DNA of 63,584 nucleotides, counting the filler, from Syncephalis fuscata S228 (taxonomy: Eukaryota; Fungi; Zoopagomycota), in NCBI GenBank assembly GCA_025786725.1. It is 3 parts of 3 records of this genome, joined end to end, with 100 filler letters (N's around TTAATTAATTAA, not from the genome) between each part and the next. Parts side by side here need not be neighbours in the genome. Positions count along the whole stretch, not along the records: positions 1 to 24,566 come from JAHLTZ010000127.1; 2 more parts are not named here. One strand, 5' to 3'. A program made the translations under genes and the position numbers. The notes beneath the pieces are model-generated. The model was not told the origin of the DNA, did no database searches, and worked only from the letters and a program-made list of their open reading frames with translations. Below are positions 9,738-23,679 of the stretch, one piece after another. Within the stretch, counting starts at the first letter, position 1; each line of letters opens with the position of its first letter.

Positions 9738-12700
9738 TTAACATGAACTTCTTTTAACAAATCGACACTTGACCAATGTTCTACAAAGCACCCAATCTAT
9801 ATATATATATATGTATATGTATATTGTTAGTGCCATTATTCTATTCAATAAATACAACACTTACCGGTCACGTAATAATTCAACTTCATCTAATAGAATT
9901 TGTGATCGAAGTCTTGATTCCCGTCGAGAAGAGGACTGGTTCAGGTCGGGATAGTTGCCAGGAGGCATGGCGGTGAACGGATTATGGTAGGCAAATGGAG
10001 AAGTCTCCGTACCGGTGTCCTCTTCAATACGGTTGGCCAAATCAATCAAATCTAATAGACGTACTTGTTGAGGTTGGTGTAGTATTTCCTATAATAACAC
10101 AGTGTTAATTAGTTGAATAGTAATTATAATGTACACTTACTTCAAACTCTTCTTCTGTACGCAGATTAAGTAATGTGTCACGACACCCAATAAGTAGAGC
10201 TACGGCAAAGAAGTAAATAAAGGAGGGTGGTCGTGTAAAGCAATGATCCCATAGACGGGCCCAATCTTCTTTACAAAGTACTTCTGAAAAGAGTGATTGT
10301 AATGGAATCCATCCGTAAATCTATTAATATTAATGTTTATAAATATAATAAGCATAGTATTGGTTATCTATCTACTCACCTCATTAGGAATGACATGAGA
10401 CCGGAAGTGCTCAAGTAGTTCAAGGTCATGCTCCGATAGTAATTCATCCAATTTCTCCAAGAATAGCTTAGGGGCAGACGGGAATTGATTCCACCAGCCT
10501 TGGCACCAATTACCTAAGTATAAAATAAATTGATTAATAAACTAATAGTAAATACTATTAAATATAAATATATACGTACTTAATAGTGTAGCTACAAGCT
10601 CAAAGCAAGCAAACAAATCATCGCCCATCATCTTCACAAAGGGGAAGACTAAATAGGGCATATAGTCGAGTTCTTCAAATGCTGGATTCCAATGTACTAG
10701 CAATGATATCATACTATTGTAATGTTAATTAGTAATTAGTAATTGGTAATAATTACTATTATATTATGCTTACCGTTCCATGGCCAGTTGCAATTTACGG
10801 TTCTGCATAGAAAATCGTTCACGGAATCGATCAATACATGAATGTGTACCTTGTGATACCAAATCACGAAATGCATCTATTATTATTATTATTATTATTC
10901 ATTATTCATTATAAATAATGACATCAATATTCATTTAGATTAATAGCTTATTATAGTGTTTACCTTGGTTCTGAGGCAGTACAAGTAAGAATCGCCAGAT
11001 AAGTGTACGATAATCACGTGGAAAACGACCACGCTTCTCTAGAATCTCTACTAAACTCTTTCGATTCATTTCTGGATTGCCATTATGGGTCAGGTCAATA
11101 TCCGAGTCAAGTACCGATCGGTTGGCTTCACTGGATGCATCAGTTGGCGTAGGCGATGCATTAAGATATTCACGATACTGAATATTTGAACGTGAACCGG
11201 AGTTACCAGAACGTGATGGTCCTGGTGCATCCGACATACGACGGTTCGAGTAAGTATCGCGTATCGATTGAGGACGGGCACCCGAAAGACTATTACGAGA
11301 CCTTGTGGAGTTGGCCGTATTCGATAGATTGCGTGGAATCGACGGGGGACCACTAAGACGATTGGGACGATTACCAGACGCTGAGGACACTGAATTACTA
11401 CGAACTGGCATAGGAATACGTGATGCTGATGCACCCGATAAACGACGGTCCTCTTGACGGTTTCGTGTTGGTGTAGCAGCACCACTACGAATACTAGTAG
11501 CGGGTGAAGATGCACCGGAAACTCGACGAGAATGGGTTACTGACATATTTGCATAATCATCTTCAGAGGGCGACTAATAGTGTGTGTGTGTGTGTTTATG
11601 GATCATTCATTAATAAATATAGTGTATACACCTTTATATTCTAAATCACTTACTGGCGCACGTAGTAACGTTTCAACTGACCAAAGTGTGATAAATGATG
11701 GCGAATTGATCGGCAGTGTTGATAGAATTAAGCCATCTGATGAAATGGTAAAATTCTTGGCCTAATTAATCATTTAAATGATTGTTGTTATATTGATATT
11801 TAATAAACTATAAACTATAAACTATAGATTTACTTACTGGCTTAAGACCAACACCTTTGGAAAAGTTTGATATCGCATCAAAAATAATAATGCGGCCTTG
11901 AGCATTAAGTACAACAAGCAATGTAGTTCGCGCGGCAAACTCCATTTGTACAATGCCTGTCTGTAGTCGTTCATCAATAATCTCTCTCTGTAGACGCTGC
12001 TCTTCAACGTTCCATACATGAATAATACCCCTGTAGATCCATGTTACCTACAATATATGCATGCTAATCAATTCAACTTACCAGCCCCCTGTGACCATCA
12101 ATTTACCATCACTTGATAGAGAAAATGAACTTAAACCACCAACAACATCATCATCTAATCCGACTAAATCATCTGGTGTAATCTTCCAGATCTGATCAAG
12201 TGTTTCAGAGTCCCATAGTACAATTGAATCATCGCGGAAATTAGCTACAATCATATCGCCAGATGGAGAGAATTCAGTTTGATTGACGCCCACTGCATCT
12301 ACACCTGTAAGTACATGTCGACGTGACCAATCCAACGTATCCCATAGAACAGATTCTGAGGCTGATGAAGTCAAAACACGAGGACGTGAGGGATGAACAC
12401 TAATACGTGTTACAATATTCTCGTGATGAGAAGTAAGTTTAGCCACTGGTGCGCCCGTGTCTATTCAATAATGTTAAGTAAATAGTTATATAATTAATAA
12501 AAGTATTTGTTATTTATATTTCTAAAGATAACATAAACAACAACTATGTTGTACTTACCCATATTGTAACAGTGAACAGCACGATCCGATAGACCCACAA
12601 TAAGCTCATTGGGTTTGGCAACACCCAGGGCCACAGCTGTACCAGAGATACCTGTACGTGCAATCAACCAGTATTTGTTGGCCTCAAGGTCAAACAAATA

Positions 12701-13075
12701 GATATGGCCTCGTTGATCCACAGCACTCATCAGTGCCGAAGAAGTAGCTGCGCCCTGAGCCATACTGCCGCCTATCGGTGTTGTAAAACGCGCCCGACGA
12801 CCATGATCACGTCGGAAACCAACACAGCCCCACTGAACACCGCCTGTGACCTTGTCACCTTTCTTAGCGGGACGGTTAGCGTTAACAAAGGCCAGACGCG
12901 CGGTGACTCTATATTGAAGCACAGTCTAGTTAGATGTCATCGCAACTGCAAATACTCGTGGAATCTATACTGACTTTTCGCTAGGAGGGGCGGCAAATGG
13001 ATCATCTCTATTCTCCCATAAACTACCTGAACGCGATTCCGCCACATAAACACAGGCTGATGAAGTAACAGACAT
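9738..13075 (-). CDS. TBC1D31: WD40 + TBC domain protein, TBC1D31/WDR67 homolog (multi-exon; 3' end uncertain)
   Basis: N-terminal WD40 segment DQRGHIYLFDLEANKYWLIARTG...ELIVGLSDRAVHCY and TBC start RKSLVEILEKRGRFPRDYRTLIWRFLLVLPQN, then LDYMPYLVFPFVK and NWCQGWWNQFP. This matches my recollection of the TBC1D31 architecture. Confidence 0.8.
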
Positions 13076-14042
13076 GATATAATAAACACGGATATAGATA
13101 CTGAGGTAAGTGTGGGTAAAAGAGAAGTGCTTTGAAAGAAGTAGAGAGTGAAAGAGGATGTGGTGTAGGGGTGTGAAAGTGAAAGAGCAAGTGTAATAGA
13201 GAGAGCGAGAGTAGTTAAATAGGAGTCGTGTTATTAGTGTATTAATAGAGGTGATGGTGTGGGGTTTGTAGCTGATAATGTATTATCAAAATAAAGTAAA
13301 AGTAAAAGTAGTAAGTATTCAAGTAAAAGTAGTAGTAGTAGTAGTAGAGTAGTCGTAATCAATAACAGGATTGAGTATTATTGATAATAGTAATAAAATA
13401 AGGATATATGACGTGAATAGTCAATAAAATAGAAGCAACGACGTAACAATATGAATTTTTTTAAAGGAATTTTAAACAAAAAGAAGAACGGTATTTATGG
13501 TAGTGAATTACAACACACAATTAAAAAGCATGCACTTGCTAACCCGCAGTTAGTATAGTTTGAAAACAAGTAAGCTGCTTTACGTAATGCTGCTCTGTTC
13601 GTTGCCAGCAATAATAGAAAAAGCGTAGCGACAAAAAGCCACAACCACAAACGGTAGACACACACACGCACACCGTTGTGGTACAAAAAGATGCTACCTG
13701 GGAGAAAAAGTAAGTATTAAGAGCGCTACCAACCGCACCAAATCACGCGCGCAGTTATAATCCGCTACACTTTAGTCCCAGAATGAGAATAAAAGCGTTT
13801 TTTAAAGGCGACTAGACCAATAACGACAATAACCACTGGATGAGAAAAGTGAGATGACTAAATGCGTGTTGATACGAAGTACGGAGGAGAAGGAAAAAAA
13901 GCAAGAGCGACGACTGCAACCGATGCTAGATAAAGCATTGATGGCTTCCTTGCCTATTGACTCCACTTTCTATTTACTTGCCATTCTTTTACTTTAAAGA
14001 AAGGAGAATATAGTTGTATTGAAATTCGTCAGCTTTAACGTT

Positions 14043-15264
14043 ATGGCGACAGCATCTACGTCATCGGCCTCTAGTAGTGCTGATGCCGCGAAAACGACAG
14101 AGGTAGTAGCAGCAGCAGAGCCGACAAAGACAGATGAAGTATATGAAATGGTATTATTACAACTACCTGAATGCTTTGGTAAGCTACATTATTTATTGTT
14201 CTATATAAATACGTAGATATAGATAGTTGGATATATAAATGAAGAGAATGTATATTATAATGTATAATACTAACAACAACTTGTATTTTGTATGTACAGT
14301 GTATCGTTTACCACCTCGCACCCGTAGTGGAGGCTATCGGTAGGAAGCAGCGCATAATTCAGTGTTAATTTGTAATATAAACTTAATTAAGACGGTAGGG
14401 CAGAAGAATGGGGACTTGATAATCCAATGTGGACTGGCCGTATACGCATTATTGGTCAAGGAGAGCAATGCTTTATTCGACTAGAGGATCCAAAGACAGG
14501 TAGGAAAGCAAAAGCTTAATAAAATACAGCGAAAGGTCATTTATTATTATAATAGAGGAGTTATTTGCCGTTGGTCCTTACGCATCGGATGGACGAGCAG
14601 TTGAAGTGGCTCTTGATAGTAGTCGGTATTTTGTATTACGTGTTGAAGATGCGGGTAAGTAGATGAATATATTAACAGAGTAGATAAATATAATGAATAT
14701 AATTCATTTATAGGACGGCGGGCATTTATAGGTATAGGATTTCGTGAACGGAATGATGCGTTTGATTTTAATGCTACACTACAATCCTATCTACGGTAAG
14801 TAAATATAGTAGTAGTCTACTAATTAAATCATTTTTAATGTATTTTAATAAACAACTAATTCTACTAGACATCGACGTGCGATTGAAGATCGTGCTTCTG
14901 GCAAGGCATCCGTATCAAATACACCTTCTATCAATTATCAATTAAAGGAGGGTGAAGTTATTCATTTAGCATTAAATGGTGTAAGTTTAAATTAAATAAC
15001 TATTTATGTGTATTGACATAATTATAGATGCCAACTACAAAGGCATCTAATCGAGTAAATGCTACATTAAATGGTAAATAGTTATTTAAATCATTAGCAT
15101 AAATGTTAATGAATGACTTTTAATAATTGAGTCTAGATGTATTACCATTATTACCGCCACCACCACCGCCGACAACAAAAAAAACACAAGATAATGTAGA
15201 TAATAGCAATAACAATGAAGAAGACGAAGAAGACGAAGATTTTGGTGATTTTATGAGTGGTTAA
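14043..15264 (+). CDS. NECAP: Adaptin ear-binding coat-associated protein (NECAP, PHear domain)
   Basis: Spliced: ECFVYRLPPRTRSGGYRAEEW..WTGRIRI..RLEDPKTGELFA..DSSRYFVLRVED.GRRAFIGIGFRERNDAFDFN. C-terminus is EDFGDFMSG*. Confidence 0.92.
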
Positions 15265-15318
15265 CATGACTAAACAATATGCTTCTATTAAATAAAATGA
15301 CGGCTTTGAAACATCTAT

Positions 15319-17176
15319 TTATTTAGTCACTGCTTCTTGTTTTAAGAAGGTCTGTACCAATTGTTCTGCCGCATCTCCCCAGGCAAGTTTACCACTAGAC
15401 ACTACTGGTTCAAGAGAAATGGCTTTGTTATATACTGTTTGATTTTCTTTAAGTCTAATAAATACAACCAATATTAGTAAAGTATTATTATTATTACTAT
15501 TAGCTAGTACTATTTTACTTGCCGTTGTAATAGGTTTGCTGACACTTGATGCCACATCCATCTTGTTCGCTGTGATGATCTTATTTCTTCTAATCGACCC
15601 GTGTCCTATTGACATACATACATACATACATATATATTAATTCATTAAACATTATAATTATTAATGAATTTATTTGATCTTTTCTATACTAAAGCTAATA
15701 TTCTACTTACAATAATTGTTTCTCGATAATCTGACATCTTATCCCATACTCTTTTCATATCATCGACGCTCTTGGCTGATGCACGCATCACCTAAATACA
15801 TGGTTAGACTATCTATCTATCTATATCTATATGCTATTGATAAATAATAATTACTTGAGGTCTCCATTCGGGAATTCGTGGTTGAACAAACTTTAATGCA
15901 CTTGTATATTCTTGTTGGGCTACACGGGCAGCCGGTAACAAATCTCCATCGGCCTTGGTGACCACAACAAGATCAGCCAATTCTACCACACCTTTTTTCA
16001 TTCCCTATTTACATATAATAATTAAATAAATACCAAGTCGATAGAACTAGTTAATGATGTTATCATTTACCTGCAATTCATCACCACCTAAATAATAATA
16101 ATAATAATAATTACCAATTGACTTGTTATAATACTCTAATTGACTTACCACCTGGTGGTACAAATAAACAAAACCTACCGTCTATTATTTAGTAATACTT
16201 TTAATATATAGATACAAGTAACCTATACTTACATATCAACCATCTCTGCAACTGTTGTCTCGGACTGACCCACACCTACTGTTTCAACAAGACATATATC
16301 GAATCCTGCCGCTATTTATTATTAAATATTAGTATTACATTACTATTAGGTAATAGCACTTGACTATTTACCTTCACATAGCATCATAGCTTCGGCCGTG
16401 TTGCGAGCAACACCACCTGCATATTACTACTCATTAAACGTGGTTATTATTGCAGTGTCCTTGAACTTACCAAGAGATCCACTGGTAGGTGAAGGGCGGA
16501 TATAGGCGCGATCATCGCGTGATAGTTCAGGCATACGTGTTTTATCACCAAGAATAGATCCACCGGTTCGTGAAGAAGATGGATCAATGGCCTATAGTGT
16601 ATAATATATTTCAATACAATCTATAAAGTATTTGTTTATTCTATTATACCAGTACTGAGACGCGATGTCCTTCCGCCAAGAGCACTTTGCCAAACTGTTC
16701 GATAAATGTAGATTTTCCCACACCTGGTGGACCAGATAAACCGATGCGAAAGGAGCGTCTATCGTCGTGAGTTGCCTTTAACACGGTCGACAATAGCCGC
16801 GATGCTTCAACTTGATGGTCATGCCGTGACGATTCAACTAGCACCAATCGATAGTCAACATATATATAAACTTAGTATTCAATATACAATTCCTAATTAC
16901 AGTTTATTTTAATTTACCTAATGTAATGGCCCGAGATAGTGCATATCGTTCGCCGTTAATTAATTTGTCGCGAAGCATTAACGTTTCCGACGATAATTGC
17001 TAGTAGAGTGGTAAAGCGGAGTTGTTAGTACCCGTCTAGTGTATATTGCTACGTGTATCGCCTAGTCCTTGCTTGTATAGTGACAGCCTTACCGTAGAAC
17101 TGGCCTGTTGCGCCAAACAGCGTCGTTGGACTGAACGTGCCATTATATTGGCCGCATGCCGTTGAATGAAATACAT
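15319..17176 (-). CDS. MMAA: MMAA/MeaB (ArgK-family) GTPase chaperone of methylmalonyl-CoA mutase
   Basis: Motifs [90 protein letters not shown]. The Arg-rich N-terminus resembles a mitochondrial presequence. Confidence 0.93.
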
Positions 17177-18053
17177 AGTAGAATATTGATTTTCTTTATT
17201 CTTTTGGAATATTATGTCAATGAACAAGTAAACAGATGCAAAAGGGGTGGTTGGTTAAACAAGAGTGGTAAGGAGCAATAAATACAGTAATAGCAACAAT
17301 AGTAATAACAAATACATAATGTCAGATATAGCAATCATTTGATGGTTTATTAATTGTAACAATGACGTCTTTTAATCACTTATATGAATTAAAGTAATGT
17401 CTATTTAAAGGGTATTTAATCCTGCTTGGAATACATAGCACTTGACCACTGATATTCATCGATGGTAGATGGTGGACAATAAAAACCAAAGAGTTGTTAT
17501 TATCGTAATATTAAAAATTAATTGGCCTATTACGAACAATGATGGCTTGGTGTAAAAGAAGGGAACTGTACGTCCAATAGATAGCCACTAATGACGATAG
17601 AAAGAAGAGGAACAAACAAAGACGTATCAAAATGGGTAACATGTGCGCAACAGTTATAGACTTATGGTGGATTTTAGACTAGGAAATGAGTGTGTGCAAC
17701 TCGAGAATTAATTTAGCATTGTTAAAATTATATTCGCCTTGAGATTAACCGGTTTATATGTTAATCTTGGGACCATGCTTGGGACATAACCACCATTGTT
17801 TGTTCGGTCGCCTAGTTGTATGAATGCCTGATCAAGTATAGACAACCATATTATTCCAGGTCTATTTTTATCTAGCACTTCATCACAATAATAACAACAA
17901 CAAAGTTTTGAGTAGTGCTGTTGTACTATGCCAAAGGTCTAAATAAAAGCCACAAGGGGTGCGTCGTCGGTACTTGATTGAAGCATCATTTTTATCATAC
18001 ATTTGCATATTAGCAATAGCAACTTTAGCATAACAATTATAACAACAATAACT

Positions 18054-19958
18054 ATGTTTATTAATTTCAATTCAATTATATTGCTTGTGGTTTGTTCCAC
18101 TTTACCAATCTTTCTTTATTCGTTCAAGCATCCATCACTCTTCAGCATAATAATTTACTTATTCTACTTTTGATGTATTTGGTGCAGCAGTGGAGTTTTA
18201 CATATCACGGGTGTGTTAATGGCACCACAGTTTTCCCAAAATTCGTCCTGTCGTCTAATCACTACTAATTCTACCAATACCACTGCTGTATCATCCCCAC
18301 ATCAGAAAATGCAACCTCTACCATTCTATTGGTATCAAGCAGTCTTTCTAAAAATGCTGGTTGTGCATCATTAAACGATGTAAGTAACTGCTGCGCAACA
18401 AGTACATTGTAATTAACCTATTATTATTACTATTATTATTATTATTACTATTATTATTATTATTATTAGGTGTATGAAGAAGCACTAGCTTATAATCGAC
18501 GACTTGTATTAAATGGAGGATTGCCCATTAGCTCCGTCATTTATTCATTTGTAACACTTACAAGTAATACATTAACTGGACCTTTTAGTCCGTTGTATAT
18601 TTCAAATCAATTTTCATTACCTGGCTCGTTTGGTATACCTTTCATTCTATTACCGCAGCATGATAATGATCAAGTGCATGCCTTAATACAATCAACACCA
18701 GTAGTGGCCACATTAAAACAAGGTAAATTGACGTTATTAGACTTGTTATACTATAAGTAATATTAATATTAATATACTAATTAGAACGTGGGCCCTGGAA
18801 TGATGTTATTCTTTCGCCTGCCTATCGCGCATTTATTTGGTTTATGTTTTCTGTCAATTTATTCCTTATTCTTCGTACATTGGCCATTCTATTCTTTTGG
18901 CTAAATCGAAAAAATTGGAGATGGAACTTCGAACTGTAGTCGTAATCATTGCCCTAGTTTCAACTATAAGTAAGTTAACATTTATTTACTGATTTACATG
19001 GTACTTACCTCGATGATATAGTTTTTACTAGTCAATTTCCATTGAATTGTATAACTTTTGAAGCGCAAATTATCGGCCAATTCAGCTATATTTTGTCATT
19101 TATTGCTATTTATATGCTACTATTATCATGGTAAGCTATTGGTTAAATGGCTGTAAAACACAGTGTTAATATTATTATTACAGGGAATCAGTCCAGACGG
19201 CTATGCGAATTGAACGCCCAGTTACAATCATGCGCGTTATCATTTATAGCTGTTTAGTGCTACATATATTTTCCTATTCAGCTCATTTATTCGGTAAAAT
19301 GTATTTCATTTCTTATTATGAATCATCGTTCAGCTATGTAGTATCGTATTCAACATTATACTTTCTAGCGCCAGTGCTTTTAACTTTTTATACTATGGTA
19401 AGCTTTCATGTTTACACTAATTACCATCATACTAATTCGTCTCTAGGCTTCTTTTTTGTCAGAAAACAAGATGATTATCAAATTAGTTTAGTAACTTGTG
19501 AAGTAATGAGTCGGGTAAGTTGAATGGCAATTAATAGTCAAAATCGATGGGCTAATATGTCCCAAATTATTTAGATGAGCTACATTTCGTTCTCTTGTTT
19601 CATAAGCTATTTTATTCTTGCTGCCTCTAATATAATGGTGAAAATACCATTTGTCAGGGATAACATTGCCGCCAGTATTACATGCCTTGTACTTTTCTAT
19701 TTGGCCAATACGATTCGTTCGTTCGTACTGCTATTTACCCTCGGCATGCGCATATCCCCTGAATCCGTACCTGCCAATTTGGTCAACTGCATGGACGTGT
19801 ACAACCTTTGGGTGCAGCTCCGAAACAATGTTTGTCAGGTGGAAGACAAAGCTGGCACAAAAAAGTGGGACAGTAACAGTAATCGAGTTATGTCGCAATC
19901 CTCTTACACGTCCGATTCGCAATCTAGCGAATACGACATTGCCTATAATTTTTCATAG
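18054..19958 (+). CDS. Ectodomain + multi-pass (7TM-like) receptor-like protein, paralog A (5' part has indels)
   Basis: Hydrophobic N-terminus and Cys-containing ectodomain. VVATLKQE-RGPWNDVILSPAYRAFIWFMF precedes several hydrophobic exons. Confidence 0.6.
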
Positions 19959-20406
19959 TCATTGGCACTCAACAATAATCAGTAATTTAATGAAAATCAA
20001 AAGGCTTTTGTCAATTAATGCCTGTATTAATTTATTCCACACAATAATAATAGTAATAATAAAACAGCTTTGATCATCACATATCACATTTATTACCATA
20101 CATACAGATCACGATATGACAGCAACGTTCAAGTAAGGGGAAGCTAGTGTTGACAATGCCTTGTAACTGGTTTCCCACCTCAATGGGTCGACTATTATGG
20201 AAGGTATGTCACGCATGATTAAACTTGTTTATGCATGTGCCAGCCCATATATGCATATTTTACCATAAGGCTCATAATGTACCAGCATTACATCTTCCTT
20301 ATAAAGTTGATCACTTGTCCCTTGGACTCTAATATTCGCATATTCAACCATTAATCAGTTTTTAATTTATTTTTTGTATACGCTAGTCGGTTTTTGCATA
20401 TTAAAA

Positions 20407-21346
20407 ATGGAGATCCGTGACCCCACGGGTGCTCTAAATGTATTCGAATATTTATCAATGATGTCTGACGATGAAGCTACAGTTCGTCAGCGATACACAA
20501 GCCTTAATCGTGAGCTGTTCTGCTTTTCAATTATGCTTGTCATTTTTGTGCGTAATAGCTATTATGCAGGTAAAATAACTTTTCAGTATTCGAATAAACT
20601 TGCACCATGGTGTTGTAGCTTTATGAACTGTACCGGCCTCTTGGCTCATACAGTATTTACACTACCTTCATGGTTCCCTATTGGACCATCTTGCTACACA
20701 ATGTTATCGACATCCATCATTCTAATGGTATTGGCAACCATAGCGGCCAACACCATACTCTTGGAGCGTGCCTATATTGCTTATAGTCGCAATCGATGGC
20801 TTCTTGCACTGGGTATAATTACCATCGCTTTTCCCGGCCCTATATTCATATATATCACACGCTATTTTGCCATTGTCAAGATAAATGACAAATATGGCTG
20901 CTATCTTGACTATAAGTTTTACGTTCCTTATTTTCGTCTTTGTGTCGATCTTCCCGCCAATATTATTTTCTCAATTGCCTCCTGTCTCGCCATTTACCGC
21001 GAATACCAACGACGTCACGAAGATTGCTGGAAGAAGCTGGCCCGCAACGGTATTCTCACCATGTTACTTGTAGCATCTTCAAATATGCTGTGTTTTGCTT
21101 TACTTATTTCGCCTTCGCTTCGATTTTTGGGCGATCTTATGTTTTTCGCTGATTGGTAAGTGCTATAAAAGCGTATATTTAAAAAACACCAACGCTTTTG
21201 TAATAAGGACGATAGCAAGCGCACTACTTACAAAAAGTGTTGAAAACTTGCATTTTATTGCATCAAACTCCTCATTACCAAGTACCAAGCCCAAATCAAA
21301 TTACAAACAGAGCATCATTCAATTGAACATGTGCAGGGATCCGTGA
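20407..21346 (+). CDS. Orphan multi-pass (GPCR-like) membrane protein
   Basis: About 7 hydrophobic segments, a TM3-like ILLERAY motif, Cys in predicted extracellular loops (GPSC, YGC), and one intron near 21157. Confidence 0.6.
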
Positions 21347-21634
21347 CTAGTATTTGGCTAGCAAATACTGTAACGCCCAATAATAATAACTGTACAATGT
21401 ATATGTAGCTATTAATAAACTATATTATATCTGGTATATTTTACAGTCGTAAAACTGCGTTTCAGTACTAAATAATCATGATAGTAGAAGTTAATAAGTA
21501 TTAATAAAATAAGCTATTCATCTAGCAGGTTAGATATTGTTCTGGACAACTAAAGGTAATTCTTTAAATGTTTATTATAATAAAATATTAGCTATGCACA
21601 TTGTTAATAGTCGATAACATTGCATGGTACATGA

Positions 21635-22939
21635 TTACAGTATAAAACACTGGCGCCGCAGCTTTTGCATTCGCGTACGAAGCGATGCACGCGCTGCTAT
21701 TTCAAATACATCGTCAATACCAGATAGATCGAGCGCAGAGCATTCAACATAGCGCATAGCGCCAATTCTTCTGGCCATCGCTTCTCCCTAAATAATTTAA
21801 ATAAATGCAGTTTAATAATAGCTATTAGATTTAGTATAAGCTGCAATTCACCTGTTCATAAGTAACAATGGCTGTGCCATCCTCAGAACCTGGCTCGCGA
21901 AGCGAATCTAGCCATAGCCCCATATTGCCCAGTTGGCTATTGCACGGCCGTAGCAGCAGCAGACATGGATGTAATCCCCGTGCTTCCTGTACGAGCACTC
22001 ACTTCTGATAAAATACTATTGCGATTGCTTGCGGTATTTTCCGTTCTATTACTTGGGATAGGTGGCGTGAGAGTCGTGGGTAGTTTGGATATGCACTACC
22101 TGTGTTAATGGGCCCGTCCAAGATTTCCATAGGTATGCCTCGATCTACCGGTGTATTATCTTTATAGATGCTTGAACATGCAGATTTGGTGTGCCCTCTT
22201 GAGAGGAACGGCCAGTCCATTCGTGTCGACTGAAAGTTCTCCATTCATAGCCCGTTTACGTAAGTCGGTTTTACACCCAACTAAAATAGTTGGCACATGC
22301 TCACAAAAGTGTGCCACTTCAGGTGCCCACTAATTGAATGAAATATTATTGTATTAGTAAATTAAATGTACTAATTTAGTAGTCAGTCTTAATCAAATTA
22401 CCTTGTCGGCTACATTATAGAACGAACGACCATTAACAACAGAGAAGCAGATTAGAATGACATCCGTTTCCGGATACGATAATGGCCGTAGTCTATCATA
22501 TTCTTCTGACCGGCTGTATCCCATAGTGCAAGTTCGACACGTTTCCATTTGATGTTTTGACAAAAGCCAATAATTTTCAAATACAGTAGGTAAATATCCC
22601 TATTAGCACATGAAGCACACAAACCATTTGCCCATTAGTCGGTTAAAGATTAATAGATATAAAAGTAATATTTACCTTTGGAAACATACCGGTAGAATAA
22701 ACGATAAGTAGGCAAGTTTTACCACAAGCTCCATCGCCGACTACAACCAGTTTCCTTCGAGTAGCAGCGCTCGGACTGCCACTCGTATCAGTGGCAACTC
22801 CTCTTACAGAGTTATTAAGCATAGGAAGTGCTGCTTTTGAATAAGAGCTATTCGTAGATACGGACGCTCGATTCCAATATGATTGCTATACCAAATTAGC
22901 TATCTTATTATTAATTAAAAATACGCGACTTACTGCCAT
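21635..22939 (-). CDS. Rho-family small GTPase (Rho4-like) with a long insert; frameshifted in this assembly
   Basis: [34 protein letters not shown]-(1-nt loss)[14 protein letters not shown], [15 protein letters not shown], and the CAAX end RRQCFIL*. Confidence 0.88.
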
Positions 22940-23679
22940 TTAAACAATAATTAGTGCACAAGTAGTAGCTCTTCAATAGTGACCAACAAATAAAATAAAG
23001 TACAATCTATTGTACGATTTAAAGTAAAGTAAAATAAAGAAGAAGTCAACAGTGGCAAGTCTAGTCGAGTTGATGCACACGCACGCACACAGAGAAACAG
23101 ATAGACAGATAGACAGATAGATACTAGGGGCTCGTTTCTAGCGTGTCAAAACCAAAAGAGACGTGGAATTATCGTGTATTACGAAGAGATGGTTGACAAG
23201 CTATCGACGCTGTCACACAATACAGCTTGTCTTTGTTAAGCACAAATACTATCAAAATTAATTGGGTAAAAGTCGTATCTGTATACGGAACGAACAAAGA
23301 ATAGTTGCGGTTGGCAAGCACAATAAGTCGAATAATGAACGCCTTTTCTTTACGACAGAATAAGATAACCGACAAATAAAACGGATCCACTGATTATAGA
23401 CAACAATAAGAATGGTTGTCCCGGTAACAGATGGCCGTATAGAAACATTGATTTGTAGACTGAATAATAAACAATAGTGATTTTACAAGTAGAAAGTATG
23501 TATGTATTGCTATGTTATTGCTACTGTTATTATTATTATTGCTATTATTACGTTGAGTATTGTTGTTATTACATTGAATATTGTTGTTGGTAACCAACAA
23601 AAAGAAAAAAGAACAACAACAATAAAGGCTTATTTGTTATGACATTTAGTTTATTTGCTCAATGTGTTACATATCGTCT

